The notes under the pieces: model-generated
The model's database searches: none
The model's input: only the letters and a program-made list of their open reading frames with translations
What the model was told of the DNA's origin: nothing
Made by a program: the position numbers and the translations under genes
Shown: piece by piece, positions 48,291-61,034 of the stretch
Numbering within the stretch: the first letter of the stretch is position 1
How the letters are laid out: every line of letters starts with the position of its first letter
Source of the DNA: Uloborus diversus
Lineage: Eukaryota
Assembly (NCBI RefSeq): GCF_026930045.1
Contig: NC_072740.1
Coordinates: 29,492,384-29,556,383, forward strand
Length of the DNA stretch: 64,000 bases
Direction of reading: 5' to 3'

Positions 48291-51289
48291 AAAATATCAC
48301 AAAGCCGATGGTATAGGGTTGTCATAGCAAACGTAGTCCAATCATAGGCTATCGCTATTCGAAGTTTCAATAATTGAAACTTCGCGCCCCGCGACTCTTT
48401 TCCAAAAATTTTCGCTCTGCAGGCAATGAGTTGGCGTTGGAAAAAAAAATCATTACTCAGGGAAAACTCGCGTTGTAGCCATTTCGCGTAAGTCGGATCG
48501 CGTTGTAGCGCGATCCGACTGTATTTTACAAACTAGAAACACGATATTTTCCCAAAATCACCATAATTAATGACAATATCGCCTGTAATTACCTTGGTTG
48601 AGAGGGACTCGGAAAATAAAGAGTAATTTATGATATAGAAAATAAGAGTAAATAGAGTACCCTTGTAAATGATAGCAAATTAACATATTAGACATTTTTC
48701 TTAAAGATTCGTTTGTATTGTATTCACAATTACCCCACTATAGAAACCGTGAAAATATTTTACCTATTAGTGCAAAAACAAATCTATTGTTTAAAGGCAT
48801 TAACTCATATGGACCAAGATCATGGACCACCTTACCCAACTGTTTAAAAACCATAAATAGCAGAAATTTGTTTAAGAAAAGGCTTAAAAATTTTATACTC
48901 AATTCTACTGCAATTAATTTAGGAAAAAGTAGCGTATTTGTAATAGTATACCTTGATTTTGTTATAAATTTCGACTTATTTTTTTGCATTACTTGTGTTG
49001 TGTTTATGTGTTCTTTGTATGATTATGCATATAAACTGGTCTTAAATTAAGTTTTACTTTTCTGAGTGGTGGGAGCTAGTCAGGCTATTGTTATAGCCTT
49101 TACTTCCACCTACTCAATCAGGGATTTTCAAATAGACAGAGTGAATTATACTTCTGTTAGTAATTTATTTCCTGTTATTCTCATCTGTGAAATGCATTTT
49201 TTGTAAAAAATACTACCCTGATCGAAAAAAAGAAAAAATGAATATATACCAATAATAAAGAAGATATCACTAGTAAATTTTCAAAATATAAAGAGTGATT
49301 CTTACCTTGATAAATTAAATTTTCGAATATAGAATCCAAATGTACTCCACATCTGTCGTGCGGGAGAATTTCCCCTCTTCTTGCTTCTGGTGTTTCTGAG
49401 GATTAACTGAAACGGTCCTAATAGGCTTAGAATATTTTCCAGATATTATTCGTGCTGAGGTGTGCTTTTATATAAGCTTTTGAAACTGTGGTGCTTCAAA
49501 AGGGGAAAAGAAAGCCCACAAGTTCTTGGGCCTATTTCGATATCGTCAGAATCGTTTCGTAAACAGATGTAATATTAATCGATGAGTCACATAAGTACTC
49601 GATGATTTGGGGGGGGGGGACTTGTTCGCATTGCATTTAGTTTTTTTTTCTGTAATTCAAAGTAAATTTTAAAATATGCTGGAATACATACCCTTTTCCT
49701 GAAAACTGGCTAGTTTTATTAATGATGTATGAAGCTTTTATCGTAATTTTCCGAAATGTTTAATGTGTTGAAACTTAACCTAGTATTTTTTAAAAAATTG
49801 TGTCATTTTCCTGAGAAAATGAAAATTTTCCAAAAAAAAAAAAAAAAAAACGAAATAGCATTTTTTTTCACACTCTCTCTTTCTTTTTTCTTTGTTGTTG
49901 TAAAAATAAAAATTCATACTTGCTTGAAGCTTGTATAGTGCCCACAAAATGTAGTGCATTTCAATACAAATCGAGTTTTTAGGAAACTTAAGAATTAATA
50001 AATATAAGTTTAAAATTCATACTTACTTGATTCTGGTGTAGTGCCTGCAAAGTGTAGTGCATTTAAATAGAAATTGAGTTTTAAAGAAATTTAAGAATTC
50101 TTTCAAAGCACGATTTAAAATCTCCGAAAATGTTGTTTTTTAACGTTACAAAATTCAAGTGTTGGGCACATTAGTTAAATTTTTAGTTGATTGAATGAAT
50201 TTGACCAATTTTTTGGTGAAACTAATCGATTGATTCGTGCTTAAATTAATCTGCGTTGGGCACATTAGTCTTTTGTTTAGTTGCTTAAATTAATCTGGCT
50301 AACTTTAACTTGGATTCATTTCAACTAGACGAAATTCAGTTCATTTATTTCTGATTTTTCTTTTAAGTAGCTATTGAATCAATTCAAAATAACCCTTTTT
50401 CACTCGTATTTATGTAGCATTGTTATTTTTCCTCAACCGTCATTAAATTTGAGCAAACTTTTCATCAGTTGGGAATTATTTTTAAATACTCATTCATTCA
50501 TATGTTCATTTATTAATTGTTTTACTTACTTATTCACGGCACTCACTCATCATTCACTCATTAACTTATTCATTCATTATTTTTTTCTCTTGCATTTATT
50601 CACTCACTCAAGTCTGGATCTATAAATTTTGGGCCCCCAGCAAAAAATCACCAGGGCCCCTAACCACCCATTGGATTCTCCCCCCTCCCCAACGAGGGAT
50701 TCTTGTTCGTTTTTAATTACTTCAATATTTCTACCTTAATTTTGAATTCATTTGTTTAAATATTTTTATTTCTTTATTATTACATTCGATTTTTTTTAAG
50801 GTTTTGAGTAGTTATGTGGGGCTTTTTATCCATATTTTTGGATAATCATTCTGTTTATGAGTAATAGTACCGTAAAATCGTCCAACTATGCGCCATTTTT
50901 CGCTGTTTTCAATGAAAATTCCGTGTACATCTTTGATTTAGAAATTTGAGGACTTTAGCAATGGTAGCTATGCATCTCATCTTTCAAATGAAATGTTAAA
51001 AAAAATCTAAGTTGGAAAGAAGAGGAAGGGGAATTTTTCCCCCGTGGCCGATAGTTGTACCCCTACGGGGTACAACTAATGCACAGTGGTGCAACAGTGG
51101 CCCATTGTTGCTCCCTTGGCACAAAGTTGTACCAATGGGAGCAACAAAGTTTATGGTAGCAAGTAATCAATGGAGCCAAAATTTCTCAGGACGTTTCTCA
51201 GTATTCTAATTTTATTCAATCTTTCAATTCGATTTAAGTTTAAAAAAAAAAGAAAAACCAAAACTGTTCTCCTCTGCATATCTGGGTTT

Positions 51290-51760
51290 TAATAAAATAA
51301 TTTTGAAAAAAAAAAAAAAAAAAAGGACCGACTTCAAAATTGCTCTAAAAAGTGAAAAATAATTTTGTTCTTTGAATACCATCGATAATACTTTTAAACG
51401 TAATTTTTGAAGTTGGCGCAAAAACAAAAATAAAATCATGTGTAACCATACCTTCGCTCATAGTTTTTAGGAAAATCATCCTAAGTTAGGAACGAAATAT
51501 TTATACCGTTGCTCAAATATGCTGTCAATCAATTCATAATGTATGCGAGTGGTATTGAAGAAACTGGGCCCGGTTAAATTTAGAGTTGTACTAGTTGAAT
51601 TAGGGCTACTAATGATTTTATCTATAGTTTTTGGGCCAACTTCAAAAAATACTTTTAAAAGTATTATCGATGGTTTTCAAAGAATAAAATTATTTTTCAC
51701 TTTTAGAGCAATTTGAAGTTGGTTCTATTTTTTTTCAAAATTATTTTATTTCTTTCTTTT
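51290..51760. repeat. foldback/MITE-like inverted repeat: ~150-bp arms around a ~180-bp loop
   Basis: 51330 gaccgacttcaaaattgctctaaaaagtgaaaaataattttgttctttgaataccatcgataatacttttaaa vs 51655-51730 tttaaaagtattatcgatggttttcaaagaataaaattatttttcacttttagagcaatttgaagttggttc. Confidence 0.8.
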
Positions 51761-52829
51761 TAGTGTAAATGTATTTCAGAAATAGTCTGAAGTTACCATC
51801 ACGAAACTTCACCTTATTTTTTCATAAAAATGCTTCATACTAAAAAAAAAAAAAACGCCTAAACTAAGCGGTTGGCACTAAAAATTTGTCCTTGTTCCTC
51901 TCTGGAATTCATTTGTATGCTAATTTAATTATAACCATTTAAATATAAACGGTTTCTCAAACTAATTTATATTTCACAACATACATACAAGTTGCTTAGT
52001 TTCAAAATCTATTATTGGCATAGGTGATTCTCCTCACTTCCTGGTTAAGTTTGCCCCTACTATGGAACAATGACGGGGAATAAACTTGATGTATGCTTGA
52101 TGCAGAGAAGCCTTCATTCAACATTCTCATAACAATTACTATTAATATTACTGTTATATGGTAACAAACTTTGGCAACAATGGGTTTTTATTGGGGGGGG
52201 GGGCAGGATCTACGAAGCGGAAACTAGAGAAACGTTTCCTTTCAAAAATCCTAGATGATGTCTCAGATGACTGTGTAATTGATGCCACAACTAAACCACC
52301 CTATCAAAGACGGTTCAGTAAATGACCAAAAATGTAAATTATCATTGCCAGAGAAATATTTGCACAAAACTATTCCAAAATACCTTGAGTCTGAGCCACT
52401 GCCGGATCTGGGGTAAGCCAGTCCGAACCCTTACTTCGAGTGGCAAATTCAATTGTATCGATAAGAGCCCAAGCGTGGAGCCAAAAGGATGTCATAACCT
52501 CCTTAAAAGACCAAAGAAAGCTTAAAACTTCACTTTTCGATCTTTTGATCTGCACAATTTTTGAGAGAAAACTCCGATTAATCCACGAATAACTTTAAAA
52601 ATGCATTTTTATAGAGAATATATTTCTAAAACATTTCCAGAACAGAGTCGGTTTTCTGCTCTCCTTCTCCCAACTTGGTCCCCCGACTCCTTAACGTCAC
52701 CAGTGACTTCAATTTTAAAAAAAAATTCGAGAGAAAAATCACTGCTCCCTGTCTTTCACCTACGTTACCAAAAAAAAAATTTTTTTTTTGAACTTTGACA
52801 TCTTGAATTCAAATAATGTTTTTCGCAAT

Positions 52830-52975
52830 CACGAGTGTGTGTGTGTGTGTATGTAGGCATGTGTGTGTGTGGGTAGTTGTGTGTTTGTGTGTGTGGGGGG
52901 AGTATGTGTATGTGTGGGTAGTTGTGTGTATGTGTAGGTGTCTGTATGTATGCGTGTGTGTATGGAGACGGTTTT
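52830..52975. repeat. GT-rich imperfect minisatellite ((GTGT/GTAT/GGGT)n)
   Basis: gtgtgtgtgtgtgtatgtaggcatgtgtgtgtgtgggtagttgtgtgtttgtgtgtgtgg…; ORFs 52816..53016 (+) and 52829..53071 (-) are artefacts of it. Confidence 0.9.
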
Positions 52976-55139
52976 CGCTAGAGGAGCAGCATCGTGAGGC
53001 GGCCAGCCGACCGTGATGCTGCAGAGGGAGGCGGGGGGGAACATAAAATCATAGGAATTCAAAACTATCAAGTGAGAACAATAAGCAATCGTGATTGCTC
53101 AAAAAAAGGCTAAAATGCGATTTTTTACGGTAGTTTTGGAGTTTCCTCAAGGACCGTCTCTTTTTTTAATCACCGTAATTTATAGTAAAATCTGTACTGG
53201 AGCTTTTCATTTAACTAAAGAAAAAGCGAGTGTTTGGCGTATTGTAGCTATGTTATTGCTACGTAATTTAAAATTGTTATTTATGTAACGATAAAAATAT
53301 TTTTTCAGAAAATTTGATCCGGACGAACGAGGTGCCGGATCAACGAGATTCTACTGTAATTTCAAAAACAGAATACGTTTCATGTATCCTTGATGAACAT
53401 AATTTCTAAAAAAGTTCCCCTCCCAAATCCATCGTCTGGATTCCCACTGTTTAAATTTAATGATTTAACAGGGAAATCGCATGAAATTGACTGTTTTTTA
53501 CCCATAACTTTTCTTCGAAAGTTTTCCTGTAGAGCGTTGCGTTTTTAAAAGTTTCAATCTCCAAAAATGGACGAGGGAAGGCTCCCTGAACCTTTTTCCC
53601 TTAACATTACCAAAGATAATCTAAAATTCATTTTTAAAAACTAAAATTTCAAAAAATTCTCAAGGGAGAAACCCCCGAACCCCCATTCTTGAGTGAATAT
53701 TATGCTTACAATTAGGTTCATATTTCTAATTATCAGTTTAGTTTTGACTCACTGACTCCATTTAAAAAATCCCCCTTTGAAAAATACAGATGCCACCAAT
53801 GTCCTACACTCAGTTAATTATGTCTCCTCGCCACCCTGTACCCCTTGGGGGTTATGTAAACCCCCAAGCTCCCTGGTATAGTGGTACCCCTATTACTGAA
53901 GCTCTGCGCACGCCTCTGATGCTTAGATATCTATTTTTTGAATCAAATGTTATTCCTCTATTAACCGTCGTTAATTTTTAAGTGCTTTCAGTGGTGGATC
54001 CAACGAGGAGGCTAAGGGGGCTATAGCTTTCTCCCCCCCCCCTTTGATTTAGTGCAATGCCATAGAGTAAAATTGGATAAGTGTAACTTACCTAAAAAGA
54101 CGCACGTCAGCTACATTTTATTTTCTTATATTGACATCAAATTTCTATTTTCGTAGATAAAAATGATAGTTAGACAGTAATATTAATGTCTTGTACGATT
54201 TGAAATTTGTCAAGATTTAAGTTCTCGTTCAAAATTTTTAAAACCTAAAACTTGCCGTAAATGTTATACATCATATCTTACACTGATGCAGGTAGAGAGA
54301 GCACGTATTTAAGTTTTGTTGCTTTAGACAGAGTATTCCTTAGAAGGCATCAAAACTTTAATTTAGAGGGATACAATCGTCGTGAGAGGTGGGAATGGGT
54401 CCACTGACTACATTACAGTCATTATTTTAAGGTATGTAAAACATTAAAAACGGAAGTAGGTGGACGTGAAGTTATTGAACGAACTATTTAAAAACCGTCA
54501 ATTAAACTGCGCTATAGAGAAAAAGTATGCGTGTGCATTTTGTTCACTATCCGTGTTAGATTTTGTTTTTTAATTATTTGTAGGCCGTGAAATTTTTTGA
54601 AAAATAAATGTCTTGTTTGTACTTACAACTGTATACAAACTTCCAATAATTTTCGATTGTTTACAATAGCAGTTATCGAACTTAGCTTTTTAATTGGAAT
54701 GCAGCTTTTTTTCAACTTATTTCACGATGAAGAAAAAACTTCATATTGTGGAGTAATATTCCATCATGCCTTTAAATAGTAATCTCTGTGTGTCAAAAGT
54801 TGCATCATACCCGCTAACAGATTTATAATTATTGCAAGTCGGCGAAGATGCTTCATCAGGTGTATTATTACTCGAGCATTAAGGTAATATAAAATTTCAA
54901 ATGAAGATATTTGTTTAGATAAAAAACGTAGCAATTTTTTGAAGTTTGAAACAGTTTAAATTTAAATTAACATTTATTCGCATTTTTTCCAAACTTAAAA
55001 CTCCAACCCTCCCAAACTGTATGAATTCCGGCGAGTTATATTTCCGTGTGGTTTTGCAGTTAAAAAAGGTGCACAACCTTTAATTTTAGCACACATTGGC
55101 AATCCTAGTATGGTAGTTTATGTGTATGTAAGAAACGTC

Positions 55140-57115
55140 ATGACCATCCCCTCTCCCCCTTGAAAAACAAATTCCCAGATACGCTACTACGCACGAATAT
55201 GATTATTTTGTAGCTTATTTGAGAAATTAGTATTTTTTACCCCTGTTCTTTGTGAGACTTCAGCGATTAAACTTAGTTGAACCGAATTATGTAAAGATCC
55301 GACGTAAATCATGGAATAGTATAAAGAATATATGCATATTGGTTTATAGGACCATCCAACATATAATTGTTGAAGCTTAAACATGGATAATGAATGAATT
55401 ATTGATACCGAAATAATTTTGGTATTTTCTGGGTTGTTCATATGGAGAATACTGACCCATATTTTCGCTTTACCATTATTTCTATGGAAATACCAAAGCA
55501 AGTAGAACCGTCGGAAACCGCAATGATTCCTGCTTTGCAGGATGCTATTCAAAAAACGCGTAACAGCAGCATTTCTTTTCCGTTCGGCTTTCTTGCCAAC
55601 ATGTTTTACGCTTGTCGCTAATCGATTTTACAGCCACTGTTAAGTATACTTTTTGTGTTGATTGCATTTAAAATATCTCCTGGTGGTAATATGTTGCTGA
55701 GCATTTTCATTTGCTTTGAACCAAGGTTCACAAACTTAACGATTGCAGTTAATCTTTGAAGAAACTTCATTTAGGGCATTTTTTACAGGCTTTTCATTCA
55801 GACCAAACTCATAACAATATGAAAATTCGTTATGTCGAAAACAGCCTTTTTATGATTAAAAATGTAAACTTTAATCTCTTAGGATCTTTTTTAGATTCCA
55901 AAAACCAGCCTATATGAAGTCTTGAGCAATAATTTACCTCTGTGCCAAATTTGGAAGAAATCCGACTAAAACTGTGGATTTGTATAAGGAACATACACCC
56001 CCCACACACAAACATACATCCATTTTTATATTTATAGATACATGTAAAGAAAGCCTTGACTACATCCCTCCCCTTTGAAAGAAAAATTCCGAATGCGCTA
56101 TTGTGCATTACTATGATTATTTTGCAATTTATTTGCTTTATTAGTACTTTTACCCCTTTTCTTGGACAGCCTGAAGCGACTTCTATTAAACCGAATTAGG
56201 TTATCGGTTATAGTTGAACCGAATTACTTAAAGATTCTACGTAAATCAAGGAATAGTATAAAGAAAATTTACATATTGCAAATTGGTTTCATAAGGTGAT
56301 AAGGATCTTAGAACATTAGGTTAAATTTTTGCTGCAAGGATGAAATAGATGTAGTTTTAATAAAAGTAGTTTAATACTGAAACAGTCGAAGATAGTACGT
56401 CAATATTGAATGCAATATTATTACCTTACTCATGTTCGTATTTTCTCTGCTATTAACGGGAAAAACACTGATCAAAAATTACACGCAACCCTTACTGTTG
56501 TGGATTTTATAATTAAACAATATTTAAAACTTATGATTTAACGGTAGCATTCAAATCAAGTAGCAACATGAGCAGCATCAATGAACCCCTGGAGCTTCGT
56601 AGGTCGCAGTTTAAGTAACGATGTACAGCAGCATTTTTTATACCTACGGCTTTCTCGCCAAACATGCTTTAACGCTCATCGCTAAACGGCATTGACGGCC
56701 AGCGTTCAGAATACGTTTTGTGTTGATTGCATTTAAAATAGCTCCTGGTGGTAATATGTTGATAACCGTTTTTATTTGCTTTGAACCAAGGTTCACAAAT
56801 TTCACGATTAAAGTTAATCTTTGAAGAAACTTTATCTAGGGCAGTTTTTTACGGGCTTTTCATTTAGACTAAATTCATAACTATACAAAAATTTGTTCGT
56901 GCAGAAAAGAGAGTTTTATGACTCAAAATATGAAATTAGACCTCTTTGGGTCTTTTTAAAATTCCAAAACCCCGCCTATACGAATTCCTGAGCAACAATT
57001 TACCTTTGTGAAAAATTTGGAAGAAATCCGACGAAAAATGTGGATTTGTATAAGGAACATACACACATACCCACACACCCACAAACATACATCCATTTTT
57101 ATATATATAGATTAA
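55140..57115. repeat. tandem duplication, 2 x ~0.95 kb at about 85% identity (55140-56085 and 56085-57115), ending where the Penelope-like RT begins
   Basis: Paired blocks: 55150 cccctctcccccttgaaaaacaaattcccagatacgctactacgcacgaatatgattattttgtagcttatttg / 56075 cctcccctttgaaagaaaaattccgaatgcgctattgtgcattactatgattattttgcaatttatttg; 55650 gattgcatttaaaatatctcctggtggtaatatgttg…gctttgaaccaaggttcacaaac / 56715 same; both end …tggatttgtataaggaacatacac…catccatttttatat. Confidence 0.8.
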
Positions 57116-57129
57116 AAATTCTGTTGAGT

Positions 57130-58330
57130 TTGTTAAAAAAAAAATTCATAGTTTCGTTCCAAATAATTCTTTTAAGGTTTCTTTTGATATTAACTCTTTA
57201 TTTACGAACGTTCCCGTCGAGGGTTCATTGTTATGCGTTCGTAAAAGACCATCTGAATTTCATTTCACCAATACGGAAATTGAGGATTTAGTTTTCCTTA
57301 CCCGTACCTGTCTTAAGCAAGGTTCTTTTGTTTTTAATGGGAAATTTTATATTATGTTAGATGGTCTGGCTATGGGAAACCCACTCAGCCCCATTCTTAG
57401 TGATATTTACATGCATTATTTTGAGGTTAAGCTGTTCCAAAAACTGCAGTTTCAATTTTATGTTCGGTATGTTGATGATTGTTTTGTTCTAATGAACCAG
57501 AATCAGTTTGAGAGTGATGAGGTTTTATCTATTTTAAAATCCATTGATCCTCATATTCAATTTTCTTGTGAGAAAGAACGGAATAATTGAATTTCGTTTC
57601 TTGATGTACTTGTTTCTCGTACTGAAATTGGTTTTGAAACTACTGTTTATCGCAAACCTTTTGCTGTTTCTTTACCTCCTCATAAGACTATCGTCTCATC
57701 CTCCAAATCAAAAATATTCTGCTTTCAATTCTTTTGTTTATCGCGCAATCAATATTTGTCCTTCATCGGAACTTCTTCAAGGGGAACTTAATTATCAAAA
57801 AGCTGTGGCAATTGATAGAGACTATCCGCCAACTTTGATTGATTTCATTTATAAAAAAAATTCAAATAAATCCCAAACTAATGTTCTTAACCGAACATTC
57901 ATCAGAAAGAATTTGGTTGTTTTGCCATTCTTTCCATCTATAAGCTATCAGGTTGCTAAGATTCTAAAACGTTTCCAATTCCAGGTGGTGTTCTCTGCTA
58001 TTAATAAATTTTCATTCTCTTCTCTTAAAGATCATATTCACCCTCTTAATTGTTGCGGAATTTATGGAATTAATTGTAGTTGTAAACTTGCGTATATTGA
58101 TTAGACTCGGCGTGCTTTAAAAATTCGTTGAAAGAGCATCAAAATTATGTGAAAAAACAACAATTAAGTAAGTCTAGTATTGCTCAACATTATTGAGATT
58201 CGAATCACTCTTTTGATCTTAACTCTTATCAGATTATCCAAAAATGCCCCAATTCATCAGATCTTGACTTTTGGGAATCTTTTCATATTTTAAGGAACAG
58301 TTTTAACTTAGTTAATGATCTTAAAGCAGT
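57130..58330 (+). mobile_element. Penelope-like retroelement (PLE) fragment: reverse transcriptase + GIY-YIG endonuclease, 5'-truncated and pseudogenised
   Basis: RT motifs are read from the plus strand: SFDINSLFTNVPVE (motif A region), FYIMLDGLAMGNPLSPILSDIYMHYFE (motif B'), YVRYVDDCFVL (motif C, YVDD); downstream CGIYGINCSCKLAYID*TRRALKIRLKEHQNYVKKQQLSKSSIAQH is the GIY-…-YIG endonuclease signature with the YIG codon corrupted to a stop; further stops at 57590 and 58104. Confidence 0.75.
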
Positions 58331-59639
58331 TCCATATTTTTCCAACATTTGGCTCCCATATCTTTAATACTGTCCTTTCCCTGTCCATTTTTTTCTATTT
58401 TGCATATTTTTTTCCCATTCATTTTTATCTATCTTGCTTTGTTTTTAACCTTTTTTGTCTTAGTTGACATCCCCCTCCCTTTTTCTTCTATTTATCTTTA
58501 TTTTTTTTCCTTTTTCCGAATATTTTTGTTTCTGTTTATTTTATTTCCTGTTTTTTTTTTCTTCTTCTTCCATTCAGCTTTTCCTTTCTTGCGGTTCACG
58601 GTTATTGAGATTTTCTTTTTGTTTAAGCTTTGGCTTAATATTTGTCCAATTGAATTCTTTCTTCCTGGGTTTACTGTACCTCAGAGAAAGCTCTTAGCCT
58701 TTGCTTCTTTTCCTATTGGTTCCTTATCGGTTTATAATTTTCTCATTGGGTGTTTGGCTAATCCGCTATTTTTATCTTTTAAGCTGCATGCTTATCTGCT
58801 CTTGGCTTTAGTCGGATGTCTTTTCATCCATAAGCTCATTACTTTTTGCATTGAAAAAGGCGTTCCCTGTGATGCCGAAACACGTGTCTGCTGTTATTGG
58901 ATATTTGTGCTTTTTTGACGTTGTTTTTTTCTTACTTTACTGTTCAGCACAAAGGTATTTATTTATCAGATTACAATGTGATTTACAATACCATGGGAAG
59001 GCTTGGAGGAAATAGCTTCGTCCTGATGCTATCAAGGTTTTTTAATCTGAAGTTATCACTTTCAAATTCACACAGTTATATATTTTACTTCTTTCTGAGG
59101 CTAACGGGGCTATAGCCCTCCCCCCTCCCAATGAGATCAGAACTTGCTCTGGATAAAACCGCATTTTCGGAGTTTTTAAATACTACAAAGAGGGCTTAAA
59201 ACTGTTTTTAGACCTCTAATTTTGGAATTTAAAAAAAAAAAAAAAAAATCGTATTTAAAATCCTAAATTTTATGGGAGACCGACCCCCCCCCCCCACCGA
59301 GATTGAGAGTATCAGCAAAAATGACAATAAAGACCCTCTAAAACAGTGACTCCCCACTTGGAGTTGGACCGAGGTTAGCCCCCCCCCCCTGCTCAAGTTC
59401 TAGATCCGCCACTGAGTTTTTTTTATATAAATTGAGATGCAATACATGACTTCAATCTTTTGTTCATGTTCAAGTTTTGTTTTCATTCTTCAAAATTTTA
59501 GAATTGGTGTGACTTTTATTAAGGTAATTGGCACCGCATGAGCGAAATCTCGGTTCTTCGGGGGAACGGGATGTACACCAGCTCCCGCCGCTGGCGGGTT
59601 GCATGAGCCGCCGTAGGTGACGAGATCAAGGAGGCCACT

Positions 59640-60140
59640 AACGGTGGCTAGTAAATAAATTAAATAATAAACGAGAAATGAAAATGAGTGTATGAATAAA
59701 TAAATTCATAATCATAATGAACGAGTAACTTTTAATTTAATGAAGGAATAAACAAATGAGTGAATGAATGAGCTTAGGATTGAAGGATTGAATAAAAAAT
59801 GAGTAGGTTAAGGAATGATTGAAATGAATAAATATGAAAAAAATAAATGCATAAGTGAATGAATGAGCAACGATAGGAATAAGTAGATGAGTGAAATATG
59901 CAATAAATGAATAAATAAATGAACATATGAATAAGCAAATGCGTGAGTGAATAAGTAAGTGCATAAATGAATCAGTAAACGATATGAAGTACTAAATAAC
60001 TAAAAGAAATAGTGAGTGAACACATTATTGAATCAGAATTAGTGAATGAATGAATGAGTGTATGAGTGAATAAATAAATGAATATGAGGGAAAATGTTAT
60101 AAATGAATAAATAAATAAATAAATAAGTGAATGCCTGAGC
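59640..60140. repeat. simple/low-complexity (TGAATGA / ATAAATGA)n tract
   Basis: …gaatgaatgagc…aaataaataaatgaat…; the reverse-complement version (TCATTCA)n occurs at 50490-50630; ORFs 59737..60181 are artefacts. Confidence 0.9.
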
Positions 60141-60875
60141 AAGTATGTGAATACATAAAATATGTATGTCGGTTTCACCAATTTTAAATATTATAGTTGC
60201 ATCGTAAATTATTTGAATCTACAATCGCTTTCGAAATGTTGAAGAATTTCATTACTTGCTCCGATTTCTTATTTTTAACTCGTAGCTAAATCCGCAAACC
60301 CAGGGCCCTACTTGGCTTTAATTAGGCTAGTGTGTAGTTAGTATAAAACTAGTAAGAGTGATCTAAATCATCCTAGACAGAGCCTGATTAAAGTATAGGA
60401 AGGTTCTAAGCAAAGATTTTTTGGGACCATTATGTAGTCAAATTTTACACTTTTAGTTATTAGCAAAAACAACTTGAGCCACTTGGGGTCCCCTAAAAAA
60501 GCAAGGGCTCTAGACTACAGCCTAGTTGGCCTATTCAGTAATCAGGCCCTGATCCTGGCAAAACGTATAAGGAAACAGATTGAAATAGTTACAAGGAAAT
60601 CAAAGAACTGTAAAATCATTTTTTGCTACACATTTTTTCCCCGCTTCATTTGGGGACCCTTCGTAGCTCGGGGGCCGATCACCGACTAGCCGACCTGACC
60701 AGTCCAGTCCTGGGTCTTATGTTGTTAGGATTTTCATCTGCCCCTTTTTGCTCAAACTGTTTTTTGAATAACTTAAGCAATTCGATATAAAGGGTTAGCA
60801 GTATTCTTTCTTCTTCTGATGATCTTGTCAGAATGTGATCTTAACCTCAATTGTTTGTGAACCCTGTATTATCTA

Positions 60876-61034
60876 TTTTAGCTCGATCACATTATACTTA
60901 TGAGGACTGGAGCAAGTGATACAGTTTGCGCGGACATTAGGAGTACCATGTGGTCATTTCTTCATAAATACCGAGTTACTGTTAACCCTGAACTATTATA
61001 CACAGACGTTGATTTCTGTCTAAGGACTATGAAG
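60876..61034 (+). other. candidate coding exon of an unidentified gene (possible first coding exon containing ATG)
   Basis: Acceptor-like tattatctattttag|CTCGATCAC and canonical donor ATGAA|GTAAGTC; stop-free for 53 codons: LDHIILMRTGASDTVCADIRSTMWSFLHKYRVTVNPELLYTDVDFCLRTM; composition is more balanced than the flanks; no family recognised. Confidence 0.25.

Larger units (their letters stand above)
46416..48521. mobile_element. Tc1/mariner-like non-autonomous element (~2.1 kb) with TA duplication and ~40-bp imperfect TIRs; the interior is a tandem-repeat array, with no transposase
   Basis: Left ta|CAGTCGAGTCCCGACTTACGCGAGGGATGCG…; right …CGCGTAAGTCGGATCGCGTTGTAGCGCGATCCGACTG|ta; the right terminus carries an extra internal duplication (gatcgcgctacaacgc). 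Confidence 0.7.

Noticed and set aside
52816-53071. Cys/Val-rich and His/Thr-rich ORFs on opposite strands
   Set aside because: Artefacts of the GT-rich minisatellite
58349-58918. 189-aa ORF rich in F/L/S/P (MAPISLILSFPCPFFSILHIFFPFIF…)
   Set aside because: Pyrimidine-rich low-complexity DNA (ttttcttcc repeats) downstream of the PLE, with no splice signals or homology; a composition artefact
59737-60181. Minus-strand ORFs (…FIYSFIAYFTHLLIP…)
   Set aside because: Translation of the (TGAATGA/ATAAATGA)n simple repeat
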